Part shown: positions 10,330 to 18,913 of the stretch, piece by piece
Layout: each line of letters starts with the position of its first letter
How positions within the stretch are numbered: the stretch's first letter is position 1
From: an uncultured Gemmatimonadales bacterium
Lineage (GTDB): Bacteria > Gemmatimonadota > Gemmatimonadetes > Gemmatimonadales > GWC2-71-9
Direction of reading: 5' to 3'
Assembly: GCA_963723565.1 (NCBI GenBank)
Contig: CAVRRH010000008.1
Location: 87,590-151,589, forward strand
DNA length: 64,000 nucleotides
Position numbers and translations under genes: made by a program
The notes under the pieces: generated by a model
What the model was told of the DNA's origin: nothing
Seen by the model: only the letters and a program-made list of their open reading frames with translations
Databases searched by the model: none

Positions 10330-10406
10330 GTGAACCGTGAACCGTGAACCGTAAACGGGAGGTGGGCAGCAGGGCCGGTTTACTGTTCACCGTTTACCGT
10401 TCACGC
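10330..10406 (-). terminator. Tandem-heptamer hairpin (GTGAACC-type units) followed by a U6 tract, between the moxR stop and the DUF58 start. Candidate intrinsic terminator or attenuator.
   Basis: Plus strand: aaaaaa GTGAACC GTGAACC GTGAACC GTAAACG G...CCGGTTT ACTGTTC ACCGTTT ACCGTTC ACGC. On the minus-strand RNA the hairpin is followed by UUUUUUAAC, then the DUF58 ATG at 10319. Confidence 0.6.
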
Positions 10407-10409
10407 TTC

Positions 10410-11390
10410 TCATGGCACCCTCAACGCCCCCAGCACCCGCGTCACCACATCATCGGTGGTCACGTCCTCGGCTTCGGCTTCGAACGTGAGCACGATCCGG
10501 TGCCGGAGCACGTCGGGAGCCAGAGCCCGGACGTCTTCGGGAACCACGTAGGCGCGCTCCCGCAGAAATGCGTGCGCCCGCGCCGCCTGAGCCAGGGCAA
10601 TGGACGCCCGGGGCGACCCGCCGAAGGCAACCAGGGGCTTGAGATCATTGAGACCCACCAGGCCAGGGTCGCGGGTGGCGCGGACCAGATCGACGATGTA
10701 GTCCACCACCTTCTGATCCATGTAAAGTCCGGCGATGGCGCTGCGCGCAGCGAGAATGTCGTCGGGAGCGAGCACCCGCTCAACGGTGATCTCCTGGCCC
10801 CCGCTCATCCGCAACAAGACCTCTTTCTCCTCGTCACGCGTAGGATAGCCAACTCGCACCTTCAGCATGAACCGGTCGAGCTGCGCCTCGGGAAGAGGAT
10901 AAGTACCCTCGCTCTCGATCGGGTTCTGGGTGGCGAGTACGAGGAACGGCTCCTGGAGCGGGTAGGTGGTGCCGCCGATGGTCACCTGGTGTTCCTGCAT
11001 CGCCTCCAACAACGCCGCCTGCACCTTGGCCGGTGCCCGGTTGATCTCGTCCGCCAGAATGATCTGGGCGAAGAGCGGTCCCTTCTTGACGTGAAACTCC
11101 TGGCTCTTCTGGTTGAAGACCATCGTACCGATCACGTCGGCTGGGAGAAGATCGGGGGTGAACTGAATGCGGGAGAACGAGGCGTGAATGATCTCCGCGA
11201 GCGTCCGCACCGCGAGGGTCTTGGCCAGGCCGGGCACACCCTCGAGCAGGATGTGACCACCGGTCAGCAGCCCGACCAGTAGCCGCTCCACCATGGCATC
11301 CTGCCCCACGATGCGCCGAGACACTTCCTTCAGGATCCGCTGAACCGGTAGCAGCTCGGCGGGCTTGGGGCTCAGCTTGGTGGCGCTCAC
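10410..11390 (-). CDS. moxR: MoxR-family AAA+ ATPase
   Basis: ORF 10410..11390(-), 326 aa: IVGQDAMVERLLVGLLTGGHILLEGVPGLAKTLAVRTLAEIIHASFSRIQFTPDLLPADVIGT. Confidence 0.95.
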   Translation of the reverse strand: MSATKLSPKPAELLPVQRILKEVSRRIVGQDAMVERLLVGLLTGGHILLEGVPGLAKTLAVRTLAEIIHASFSRIQFTPDLLPADVIGTMVFNQKSQEFHVKKGPLFAQIILADEINRAPAKVQAALLEAMQEHQVTIGGTTYPLQEPFLVLATQNPIESEGTYPLPEAQLDRFMLKVRVGYPTRDEEKEVLLRMSGGQEITVERVLAPDDILAARSAIAGLYMDQKVVDYIVDLVRATRDPGLVGLNDLKPLVAFGGSPRASIALAQAARAHAFLRERAYVVPEDVRALAPDVLRHRIVLTFEAEAEDVTTDDVVTRVLGALRVP

Positions 11391-12181
11391 CTCGTGCTCC
11401 TCGATGTATGGCGGGACCGTTTTCCCGACGGCCTCTCGGCGGGAGCGGTTTCAGTGTCTTCGGGATTGAGATGGACCGCCTTATAGAGCGCCGCCTCCTC
11501 ACGCGGTGTCAGTGGCCGGTACCGGCCCGGCGGGAGATCGCCCAACCTGACGGGCCCGTACGAGAGACGAGCCAGTCGCTCGACCTTGAGTCCCATGGCC
11601 TCACACCAGCGGCGAACGATGCGATTGCGCCCCTCCTCGAGCGTAAGGTCCAGAATGCTTCGCCCCTCCTTACCTGGCCTGACCTTGACGTCGGTCGGCA
11701 CCACGGGGCGACCGTCGATCACGATACGCTCCCGCGCCAAGGCCGCTATTTCGGCCGTGGGCCGGCCGTGGACCAGGGCCGTGTAACGGCGAGGTATCCG
11801 GTAACGCGGATGGGTAAGGCGGTGCACCGCTTCCCCGTCGGTGGTCAGGATCAGCAGCCCGGTCGTCATGACATCGAGCCGGCCGACATAGGTGAGAGCG
11901 GCCGGATTGGGAATGAAGTCGAGCACGGTGCGACGCCCCTCTTCGTCGTCTGCCGTGGTGACGACGCCGAGCGGCTTGTGGAACGCGAGCCACCTGCGCT
12001 CCTGCGTCTTCACTGCCTTCCTCCCGACCGTGATTCGCTGACGCTCGGGATCCACCTTCATGCCGAGTGTTGCCGGTTTACCGTCGACCTTCACCTGGCC
12101 ATCCTCGATCAGCTTCTCCGCGGCTCGCCTGGATGCCACCCCGGCCCGGGCCAGCGCACGCTGGAGCCGCATCTCACTCAT
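11387..12181 (-). CDS. rluB: Pseudouridine synthase, RluB/RsuA family (S4 domain + catalytic domain)
   Basis: ORF 11387..12355(-). The credible start is ATG 12181 (MSEMRLQRALARAGVASRRAAEKLIEDGQVKVDG...YVGRLDVMTTGLLILTTDGE), overlapping the scpB stop. Confidence 0.85.
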   Translation of the reverse strand: MSEMRLQRALARAGVASRRAAEKLIEDGQVKVDGKPATLGMKVDPERQRITVGRKAVKTQERRWLAFHKPLGVVTTADDEEGRRTVLDFIPNPAALTYVGRLDVMTTGLLILTTDGEAVHRLTHPRYRIPRRYTALVHGRPTAEIAALARERIVIDGRPVVPTDVKVRPGKEGRSILDLTLEEGRNRIVRRWCEAMGLKVERLARLSYGPVRLGDLPPGRYRPLTPREEAALYKAVHLNPEDTETAPAERPSGKRSRHTSRSTR

Positions 12182-12761
12182 ACTCCGCCTCGACATACGC
12201 CGCCGCGTCATCCGCCCCTTCCGCCACGGCACGATGCGGCCGCAGAGCAATGGTGAGCTCCTCGGCCTTGGGAAGATCGGCGAGATCTCCCATCCCCAGC
12301 AGCTCGAGGAAAAGGGCCGTCGTCCCATACAGGAGTGGCCGCCCGAGGGCTTCACTGCGTCCGACGACTTCGATCAGGCCTCGCTCCTGGAGCGAGCGCA
12401 GCACGCCGCCGGCTGAGACCCCGCGAATCTCCTCGATCTCCACCCGCCCCACCGGCTGCCGGTACGCGATGACCGCGAGCGTCTCCAGCGTCGCAGCCGT
12501 GAGCTTGGGAGTGCGAACCGAGAACTGGGCCCGCTCGATGGCTGCGGCATGCACTGGCCGAGTGAGGATCTGGTATCCACCGGCCAGCTCGACCAGCTCC
12601 ACCCCGTGCTGGTTGAAGTCGTAGTGCTCGCGAAGCTGCTCCAGCGCCACCCGTACGTCGGCCGCGTTGGCATCGGAGTCGAGGGTTGCCAACTCCTCGG
12701 CCGTCAGCGGCCGGCAGGCGGAGAACAGCGCCGCTTCAAGCAGCTGGGCGAGGGGACTCAC
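12174..12761 (-). CDS. scpB: Segregation and condensation protein B
   Basis: ORF 12174..12761(-), 195 aa: LLEAALFSACRPLTAEELA...LAVIAYRQPVGRVEIEEIRGVSAGGVLRSLQERGLIEVVGR. Confidence 0.9.
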   Translation of the reverse strand: MSPLAQLLEAALFSACRPLTAEELATLDSDANAADVRVALEQLREHYDFNQHGVELVELAGGYQILTRPVHAAAIERAQFSVRTPKLTAATLETLAVIAYRQPVGRVEIEEIRGVSAGGVLRSLQERGLIEVVGRSEALGRPLLYGTTALFLELLGMGDLADLPKAEELTIALRPHRAVAEGADDAAAYVEAEYE

Positions 12762-13500
12762 GAGCGATCACCATCGGGCAGAAAGGAGTGGGCTGGAGGA
12801 GGCGGAGACTTCCCCGCTTGGCCAGCTCCAGCAGAGCCAACAGCGTAGAGAGCACGTCGACGATCGTGCCCCGTGAACCGAGCGCGTCGAGCCAGCGGAT
12901 CTCCTCCTGGTCGAGGAGGAGGTCTTCGATGCGCCGGGTCGCCGATTCCACGTCCAGCGGCCGGGCGACGACCCGGTGCAACACCGGTGAAGGGATCCCG
13001 GCAATCACCCGGTCGATTGCGGCGAGCATATCGAACAGGTTGAGCGTGAGCGGCGGTGGGGGGAGGGCTGGTGGCGGCGGCAGGTAGCCCCGGGCAAACT
13101 GCTCGGCCCGCTTCTCGGCGGCCCGGCCCAACCAGACCGCCACCTCCCGGATCTGCTGGTATTCCAGAAGCCGCCGCACCAGCTCCGCCCGCGGATCCTC
13201 CCAGCCATCCTCCTCGGCCCCGCGCGGCAGCAGCATCTGCGCCTTAAGCCGCACCAGGCGGCTCGCCATGTCGAGGTAGTCCGCCGCCTGGTTGAGACCG
13301 AGCTCGTGGACTGCCTGAAGAAATTGATCGGCGATCCTCGCAATGGGGATATCGGCGATCTCGAGCTGTTCCTCCCGCAGGAGGTGCAGCAAGAGATCAA
13401 GCGGTCCAGAGAACGCCTCGAGCTCGACCACAAAGCCCGAGCCCGCACTCAAGGCGCTGGTCGGCGCCTCGGGATAGGTGGTGGGTTCAGTCGCGGTCAT
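12736..13500 (-). CDS. scpA: Segregation and condensation protein A
   Basis: ORF 12736..13518(-): FVVELEAFSGPLDLLLHLLREEQLEIADIPIARIADQF. The start is taken at ATG 13500, an ATGA overlap with the upstream stop. Confidence 0.9.
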   Translation of the reverse strand: MTATEPTTYPEAPTSALSAGSGFVVELEAFSGPLDLLLHLLREEQLEIADIPIARIADQFLQAVHELGLNQAADYLDMASRLVRLKAQMLLPRGAEEDGWEDPRAELVRRLLEYQQIREVAVWLGRAAEKRAEQFARGYLPPPPALPPPPLTLNLFDMLAAIDRVIAGIPSPVLHRVVARPLDVESATRRIEDLLLDQEEIRWLDALGSRGTIVDVLSTLLALLELAKRGSLRLLQPTPFCPMVIARESPRPAA

Positions 13501-14174
13501 GACTGAAAGATGTTCCACCCGTCCCCCACATGGAACGGCAGGATCACCCGCAGCAGAGCATTCCGGATCGCGTACGCGGGCGTCAGGAGGACCGAGACCA
13601 CCGGAGGGAACAGGAACAGGAGGATGAATAGGGGGAGATAGCCGAATCGCTGCAACCCGCGGTACCAGCTGCCCGCCTTGGGCGGCAGCGCATGATAGAG
13701 AAGATGTGAGCCATCGAGCGGCGGAACTGGAATCAGGTTGAAGAAGCAGAGCACCAGGTTGAGCCAGATCCCGTACACCATCATGCGCTGGGCCGTGTCG
13801 AGCACCGGAATCGCGGAGGGCAACGACGCGGCCAGGAGACCGAGAAGCACGAACACCACCGAGCAGGTCAAGGCGATCATCAGATTGGTGGCGACTCCGG
13901 CCACGGAGACCAACAGATCTCCTTTGACATAGTCCTTGAACTTGCGCGAGTCCACCGGCACCGGCTTGGCACCGCCGAAGGTGTATTGCCCGTGGGAGCC
14001 AAACCAGATCAGCGCGGGCATGAGAATGCTCATCCAGGGATCGATGTGTGGCAGCGGATTGAGGGTGACCCGGCCAAGCCGGTATGCCGTGTCGTCTCCC
14101 TGCCGGAGCGCGGTTGCCGCGTGGGCATATTCATGAGCGCACATAGCGAAAACCAGCATGGGGAAGGCCAGCAC
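13497..14174 (-). CDS. Site-2 protease family (M50-like) membrane metalloprotease
   Basis: ORF 13497..14174(-), 225 aa. It has an HEYAH zinc motif near the N-terminus, multiple TM segments, and NLIPVPPLDGSHLL. Confidence 0.8.
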   Translation of the reverse strand: MLAFPMLVFAMCAHEYAHAATALRQGDDTAYRLGRVTLNPLPHIDPWMSILMPALIWFGSHGQYTFGGAKPVPVDSRKFKDYVKGDLLVSVAGVATNLMIALTCSVVFVLLGLLAASLPSAIPVLDTAQRMMVYGIWLNLVLCFFNLIPVPPLDGSHLLYHALPPKAGSWYRGLQRFGYLPLFILLFLFPPVVSVLLTPAYAIRNALLRVILPFHVGDGWNIFQS

Positions 14175-14268
14175 AAAATCGCCGAGTTGTCGATCCAGGA
14201 GACCGCCTCTATTTGGGGGCGCCGAAGGTTACACGCGCGACAAGGACAAAGTCAAAACCGCGTGCCGC

Positions 14269-14297
14269 TTGACCTTGCGCACTCGGTGGCCTATTCT
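14269..14297 (+). promoter_or_regulatory. Sigma70-like promoter candidate for rpsT
   Basis: TTGACC (14269-14274), a 17-nt spacer, then TATTCT (14292-14297), about 58 nt upstream of the rpsT GTG. Motif match only. Confidence 0.4.
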
Positions 14298-14354
14298 TTC
14301 CGGCTCAGCTTCCGGAGCGTTTCCGGAACGAACTTCCCAGTTACCGAGGTTGCC

Positions 14355-14606
14355 GTGCCCCGTATCAAGTCTGCTGCCAAGCGTATGCGTCAGGGTCGTA
14401 CCCGTGCCATACAGAACCGCACCCATCGAAGCGAGCTACGGACGGCGCTCAGGAAGGTACGTGCTGCCACCGGAGCCGAGGCGGCGACCGCCTACGCCGA
14501 GGCGGTGAAGCTTCTTGACCGCGCCGCCCAGAAGAGCATCGTCCACAAGAATGCCGCGGCCCGCCAGAAGAGTCGGTTGGCGAAGCTGGTGGCGAGTAAG
14601 AAGTGA
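14355..14606 (+). CDS. rpsT: 30S ribosomal protein S20
   Basis: This is the in-frame C-terminal part of ORF 13986..14606(+), from GTG 14355: VPRIKSAAKRMRQGRTRAIQNRTHRSELRTALRKV...AARQKSRLAKLVASKK. The long N-terminal extension of the ORF overlaps the M50 gene and is rejected. Confidence 0.9.
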   Translation: MPRIKSAAKRMRQGRTRAIQNRTHRSELRTALRKVRAATGAEAATAYAEAVKLLDRAAQKSIVHKNAAARQKSRLAKLVASKK

Positions 14607-14829
14607 GAGGTGAGAAGTGAGAGGTAAGAAGTGAGAAGTAAGAGGGGAAATCAATCGGGGCGCCTGGGTTGAAGGGCGCCCTTTCAGTTTGAGGGGACAG
14701 ACCTAAGAAACTACTTTAAGTCTAGTACATAAGCTTTGTGCTAGTAAAGTGTTGCTTCCACTCCGACTTCTCACCTTCTCACCTCTTACTTCTCACTTCT
14801 TACTTTTTACTTCTCACTTCTTACTTTTC
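14596..14829. repeat. Largest tandem-heptamer inverted array (GTGAGAA-type units) between convergent rpsT and the zinc-ribbon gene, with an AT-rich apex
   Basis: Left arm 14596-14645 is GTAAGAA GTGAGAG GTGAGAA GTGAGAG GTAAGAA GTGAGAA GTAAGAG. Right arm 14755-14829 is ...CTTCTCA CCTTCTC ACCTCTT ACTTCTC ACTTCTT ACTTTTT ACTTCTC ACTTCTT ACTTTTC. The arms overlap both stop codons. Confidence 0.8.
14657..14690 (+). terminator. Rho-independent terminator candidate for rpsT, nested inside the large hairpin
   Basis: GGGCGCC (14658-14664), a 10-nt loop, GGCGCCC (14675-14681), followed by TTTCAGTTT. Confidence 0.6.
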
Positions 14830-15697
14830 AGACCCCGGCCAGCTCCGCCCCACAGCGTTCGCAATACCATTCCGTAGGACGGTTGAGCGTCCCGCACTCA
14901 CCGCACTTCAACGTCTTGGCGACACCGGATGCCGCCTTGCCACCTCCTCCCGCTGCTGCGGCCGGGTTGGGCGCGGAGGTTTCCCGCGGCGTGGCGGTCG
15001 TGGTAACAGCAGGCATTCCTGGATTGCTGGGACGGCGGGTACTCAGCCGGGATGGTTCATCGTCAGACACCGACTTGAGAAAGGCCATCTCGTCCACCGG
15101 GACTGCCGCAGGCTCGGGCTGGCTCCGCGGCCTCGCAGCCGGGGGGGTCGGCTCCACCGGCTCGTCGGCGACGTGGCTAAACATGGGCGCCTGCTCGAGC
15201 ACCTCGGGACGCGGGGCGCGAGGAGCCGGCGGCGGCGGTGGCGCCGCCGCGGTGGTGCGTGGCCCCGCGATCAGGGCCTGGATCTCACTGAGCCGACTGA
15301 TCTCGCTTCCAATAGCGCGGAGCTGAGTGCGGAGCTGTTCGATGCCTCTCTTGCTCTGCTCACTATGGCGCCGCCACTCCTCCTCACTGTACTCACCTAC
15401 GGAGTGCCGCACTTCCGCCTCCGCGAGCGCCTCTTCCGCGGAACGCCGTTCACGATCGAGCTCGGCCTGGGACGCGTGCTGCCGCTCGAGCTCCTCCGCG
15501 ATGGCCGCGCTACGCCCTCGCAGCTGCTCCATCACCGACTCGAGCCGAGCCTCGTAGTCGCCCCGGACCCGCTGGCGCACCGCGGGTGAGGCCTTGTCAC
15601 CAGACGTGTCGAGGCGGAGGATCCACTCTTCGTACTGCGAGCGTTGCTCCAGCAGCGCTTCGATCGTCACTTCAGTATCCGTGATCGTTTTGGCCAT
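14828..15697 (-). CDS. Hypothetical protein: N-terminal coiled coil, Pro/Ala-rich linker, C-terminal zinc ribbon
   Basis: ORF 14828..15697(-), 289 aa. It has heptad-rich EEWILRL...AELDRERRSAEEALAEAEV, then PPPPPAPRAPRP, and ends KCGECGTLNRPTEWYCERCGAEL (CxxC-N11-CxxC). Confidence 0.7.
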   Translation of the reverse strand: MAKTITDTEVTIEALLEQRSQYEEWILRLDTSGDKASPAVRQRVRGDYEARLESVMEQLRGRSAAIAEELERQHASQAELDRERRSAEEALAEAEVRHSVGEYSEEEWRRHSEQSKRGIEQLRTQLRAIGSEISRLSEIQALIAGPRTTAAAPPPPPAPRAPRPEVLEQAPMFSHVADEPVEPTPPAARPRSQPEPAAVPVDEMAFLKSVSDDEPSRLSTRRPSNPGMPAVTTTATPRETSAPNPAAAAGGGGKAASGVAKTLKCGECGTLNRPTEWYCERCGAELAGV

Positions 15698-15951
15698 GGG
15701 AAGGGTTTCCTCTCATCCGCTCTAAGACGTCGATCTGATGCCGGGTGAGCTGATTCACCCTGCCGAGAGCACGGGCTATAAGCAGAATCCGGGCGCCATG
15801 CTCCAGACCTTCATTCGGATTCGGGCTTGAGCTCCGGAAGTCGATACACCCTCAGATGCAAATCTAATTCGGTCGTGGGCTCCCGACAGCCTCTGGTGCG
15901 GCTCCCACCCAGGTCAACCCGCCCCGGCCTCTCGGGCCCGGATGCCCACTC

Positions 15952-17238
15952 TCAGCGGGCTCGCTGGAACACGACCTGCCCCCTGACGATCGTCACTTCG
16001 GCCCGGCCGGTGAGCCGGCGTCCGGTGAAGGGTGTGTTACGGCTCTTGGAGAAGAACTCGGCCGGGTCGACGACCCACTCCGCCTTGGGATCGGCGATGA
16101 GCACGTCGGCGGGACAGCCGGCCGCGAGCGTGCCCCCCGGGAGATTGAAAATCCGCGCCGGCACGGTACTCATGCGATTCACCAGGTCGGGAAGAGTCAG
16201 GAGGCCCGGCTCCACCAGCTCGCTGATGGCCAGGCCGAGCGCCGTCTCCAGGCCGAGGATCCCGTTGGGTGCGTTGTCGAATTCTCGCTCCTTGGCGTCG
16301 TAATGGTGCGGAGCGTGGTCGGTGCAGATCGCATCGATCGTTCCGTCTCGGAGTGCCTGGCGGATGGCTTCACGATCCTCCGGCTCTCGCAATGGTGGAT
16401 TCATCTTGGCGTTGGTGTCGTAGCCTTCACAACGCTCATGCGTCAGCGTGAAATGGTGGGGGCAGGCCTCGGCGGTAATCCGGATTCCCTTTTCCTTGCC
16501 GCGGCGAATCAGCTCCACGGATCCGCGGGTCGACATGTGGCACAGGTGGACATGTCCCCCGGTCAGCTCCGCGAGCAGGATGTCGCGTGCGACCATGATC
16601 TCTTCGGCCGCAGCGGGTATGCCCTTCAGGCCAAGCCGGGTCGAGACGATCCCTTCATGCATGGCGCCACCGGCCGCGAGTGTGGGATCCTCGCAGTGGT
16701 CGGCCACCGGAATCCCGAACGTGCGGGCATACTCCAGGGCAGTGCGCATCAGGTGGCTGGAGACCACCGGCTTGCCGTCGTCACTGACGGCTACCGCCCC
16801 GGCACCGACCAGCTCTCCGAACTCGGCGAGCTGCTGTCCCTTCGAACCCAGCGAGATCGCCCCGATCGGGTACACTCGCGCCTTGCCGGCACGCTGGGCC
16901 TGGCTCACGATGAATCCGATGGCGGCCTGGTTGTCGGTAACCGGATCGGTGTTGGGCATGGCGCAGACGGCGGTGAATCCACCGGCCGCGGCGGCCATGG
17001 CGCCGGTCGCCACCGTCTCCAGCTCCTCCTGGCCCGGCTCGCGCAGGTGCACGTGGAGATCGATCAGTCCGGGAGTGACGATCTTGCCGGACGCATCGAT
17101 CACCAGTGCGCCGTCGGGTGTGCCGATATCGCGTCCCACCGCAGCGACCTTGCCTCCTTCGAGATAGACATCGGCGACGCCGTCGGTACCACGCGAAGGG
17201 TCGATGACCCGCCCACCCCGTATCAGGATCGGCTTCAT
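15952..17238 (-). CDS. pyrC: Dihydroorotase
   Basis: ORF 15952..17265(-). The start is taken at ATG 17238 (ATGA overlap with the pyrB stop): [14 protein letters not shown]...[15 protein letters not shown]...DHAPHH. Confidence 0.92.
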   Translation of the reverse strand: MKPILIRGGRVIDPSRGTDGVADVYLEGGKVAAVGRDIGTPDGALVIDASGKIVTPGLIDLHVHLREPGQEELETVATGAMAAAAGGFTAVCAMPNTDPVTDNQAAIGFIVSQAQRAGKARVYPIGAISLGSKGQQLAEFGELVGAGAVAVSDDGKPVVSSHLMRTALEYARTFGIPVADHCEDPTLAAGGAMHEGIVSTRLGLKGIPAAAEEIMVARDILLAELTGGHVHLCHMSTRGSVELIRRGKEKGIRITAEACPHHFTLTHERCEGYDTNAKMNPPLREPEDREAIRQALRDGTIDAICTDHAPHHYDAKEREFDNAPNGILGLETALGLAISELVEPGLLTLPDLVNRMSTVPARIFNLPGGTLAAGCPADVLIADPKAEWVVDPAEFFSKSRNTPFTGRRLTGRAEVTIVRGQVVFQRAR

Positions 17239-18194
17239 CGGTCGTCCGCTCCGCTCTGGGCCCAATCGGGAGATCCGCCCGCGAGCAGATACAGCACCGC
17301 CATGCGAACCGCGACGCCGTTAGTCACTTGCGGCAGGATGACGCTGTGAGGACCATCGGCGACGTCGCTATCGATCTCGACACCCCGGTTCATCGGTCCC
17401 GGGTGCAGAATGAGCAGATCCTTCGGGGCCCGGGCGAGGCGTTCTTTGGTGACACCGAACACCCGGTTGTATTCCCGCAGCGAGGGGAAGAAACCCGCCT
17501 CCATGCGCTCGAGCTGGAGCCGGAGCACGTTGAGCGCGTCGGCCCACTGAATCGCGTCTTCGATCCGGGGCAGGATGGTGACGCCGAGATCCTGGACGTT
17601 GCGTGGCAGCAGCGACGCGGGTCCGCAGACTCCCACTTCCGCGCCCAGCTTGGTCAGGCCCCAGATGTTGCTGCGGGCCACCCGGCTGTGCAGGATATCA
17701 CCACAGATCGCCACCTTCAGTCCCTTGATTCGCTTGAACCGGTCACGCAGCGTGAGCATGTCGAGCAGTCCCTGCGTCGGATGCTCGTGCTTGCCGTCTC
17801 CCGCATTGATGACGTTGGATCGGATCCGCTGCCCCAGAAACTGGGCCGCGCCCGAGGCTTCGTGCCGGATCACCACCATGTCGATCCGCATGGCCTCGAG
17901 ATTCTTGGCGGTGTCGACCAGCGTCTCGCCTTTGCTCACCGAGGAGCCGGCGGCCGCGACGTTCACCGTGTCCGCCGAGAGTCGCTTCTCGGCGAACTCG
18001 AACGAAATGCGGGTGCGGGTGGAAGCCTCGAAGAAGAGGTTGACGATCGTCTTGCCCCGCAGCGCCGGCACCTTCTTGATGGCCCGCTCGCTGACCTCCT
18101 TGAACGGCTCCGCGGTGTCGAGGATGAGCAGGATCTGCTCCGCGCTCAGCGGCTCGAGGCCGACCAGGTCCTTGCCAAGGCTGGGCGTGCTCAT
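17235..18194 (-). CDS. pyrB: Aspartate carbamoyltransferase catalytic subunit
   Basis: ORF 17235..18194(-), 319 aa: [23 protein letters not shown]...HPTQGLLD...[11 protein letters not shown]. Confidence 0.95.
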   Translation of the reverse strand: MSTPSLGKDLVGLEPLSAEQILLILDTAEPFKEVSERAIKKVPALRGKTIVNLFFEASTRTRISFEFAEKRLSADTVNVAAAGSSVSKGETLVDTAKNLEAMRIDMVVIRHEASGAAQFLGQRIRSNVINAGDGKHEHPTQGLLDMLTLRDRFKRIKGLKVAICGDILHSRVARSNIWGLTKLGAEVGVCGPASLLPRNVQDLGVTILPRIEDAIQWADALNVLRLQLERMEAGFFPSLREYNRVFGVTKERLARAPKDLLILHPGPMNRGVEIDSDVADGPHSVILPQVTNGVAVRMAVLYLLAGGSPDWAQSGADDR

Positions 18195-18728
18195 TTACCC
18201 CCTCACCAGCTCGACCGCGTCCCGGCCATCGAGCTCGGAGACGAAGACATCTACCCGATCCTTGGGGCCGGTGCTGACGCTGGTACCGACGATGTCGGCC
18301 TGGATCGGCAGCTCGCGGCCTCCCCGGTCGATGAGCACACACAGCAGAACCCGTCGCGGGCGTCCGAAGTCGGCGAACTCGTCGAGCGCCGCCCGAACCG
18401 TCCGACCGGTGTAGAGCACGTCGTCCACGATGACGACGGTCTTGCCGTCGAGGTCGGGCAGCCTGGTCTCGCCCACCACCGGCCGAGGGCCGATGGTCTG
18501 GAGATCATCTCTATAGAGGGTGATGTCGAGCTTGCCGCAGGGGAGGTTCGAGCCTTCGGAGGCGTCGATCAGGCGCTTCAATCGGTCAGCCAGCTCGACT
18601 CCTCGGCGCTGGATCCCGACGAGGACGAGCTCGTCGGTGCCCCGGCTTCGCTCGACGATCTCACTCGCCATGCGCGCCAGCGTGCGGCCGAAAGCGCGGT
18701 CGTCGAGAAGAGGCGTACGGGAGGGCAT
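18195..18728 (-). CDS. pyrR: Bifunctional pyrimidine operon regulator / uracil phosphoribosyltransferase PyrR
   Basis: ORF 18195..18728(-), 177 aa: ELVLVGIQRRGVELADRL...KTVVIVDDVLYTGRTVRAALD. Confidence 0.92.
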   Translation of the reverse strand: MPSRTPLLDDRAFGRTLARMASEIVERSRGTDELVLVGIQRRGVELADRLKRLIDASEGSNLPCGKLDITLYRDDLQTIGPRPVVGETRLPDLDGKTVVIVDDVLYTGRTVRAALDEFADFGRPRRVLLCVLIDRGGRELPIQADIVGTSVSTGPKDRVDVFVSELDGRDAVELVRG

Positions 18729-18800
18729 CGGGGCGGGAAGCTAGCGTGGAGGGCTGGTGACGGAAGGAGTCCGAACCGCGAGCGGTAGGGGCCCCCGCGC

Positions 18801-18891
18801 GTCATTCCGAGCGGAGCGAGGAATCGGGTGGCCTGACGTCTGGCATCGGAGTCCTAACGGCCGCCCGGACGATTCCCCACTCCGCTCGGAA
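18801..18891. repeat. REP-like palindromic element (GTCATTCCGAGCGGAGCGAGGAATC type) upstream of pyrR
   Basis: Left arm TCCGAGCGGAGCGAGGAATC (18806-18825) pairs imperfectly with right arm GATTCCCCACTCCGCTCGGA (18871-18890). The loop is about 45 nt. It is related in motif to the element at 52698-52810. Confidence 0.55.
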
Positions 18892-18913
18892 GGACTTCCG
18901 ACTTGGCCTTCGG

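Noticed and set aside
13986-14354. The 123-aa N-terminal extension of the ORF containing rpsT (13986..14606).
   Set aside because: It overlaps the M50 protease gene on the opposite strand and the promoter-like TTGACC-17-TATTCT. S20 homology begins only at VPRIKSAAKRMRQ (GTG 14355).
14596-14829. Whether the short tandem repeats could be a CRISPR array.
   Set aside because: The units are 7-9 nt and directly abutting, with no 25-40-nt repeats separated by unique spacers. The arrays are arranged as inverted arms, and there are no cas genes in the window.
18729-18913. A PyrR-binding attenuator in the pyrR leader.
   Set aside because: I could not find the conserved PyrR binding-loop motif (..UCCAGAGAGG..) on the minus strand. 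The visible hairpin belongs to the REP-like element instead. Regulation by PyrR remains possible but is unsupported here.
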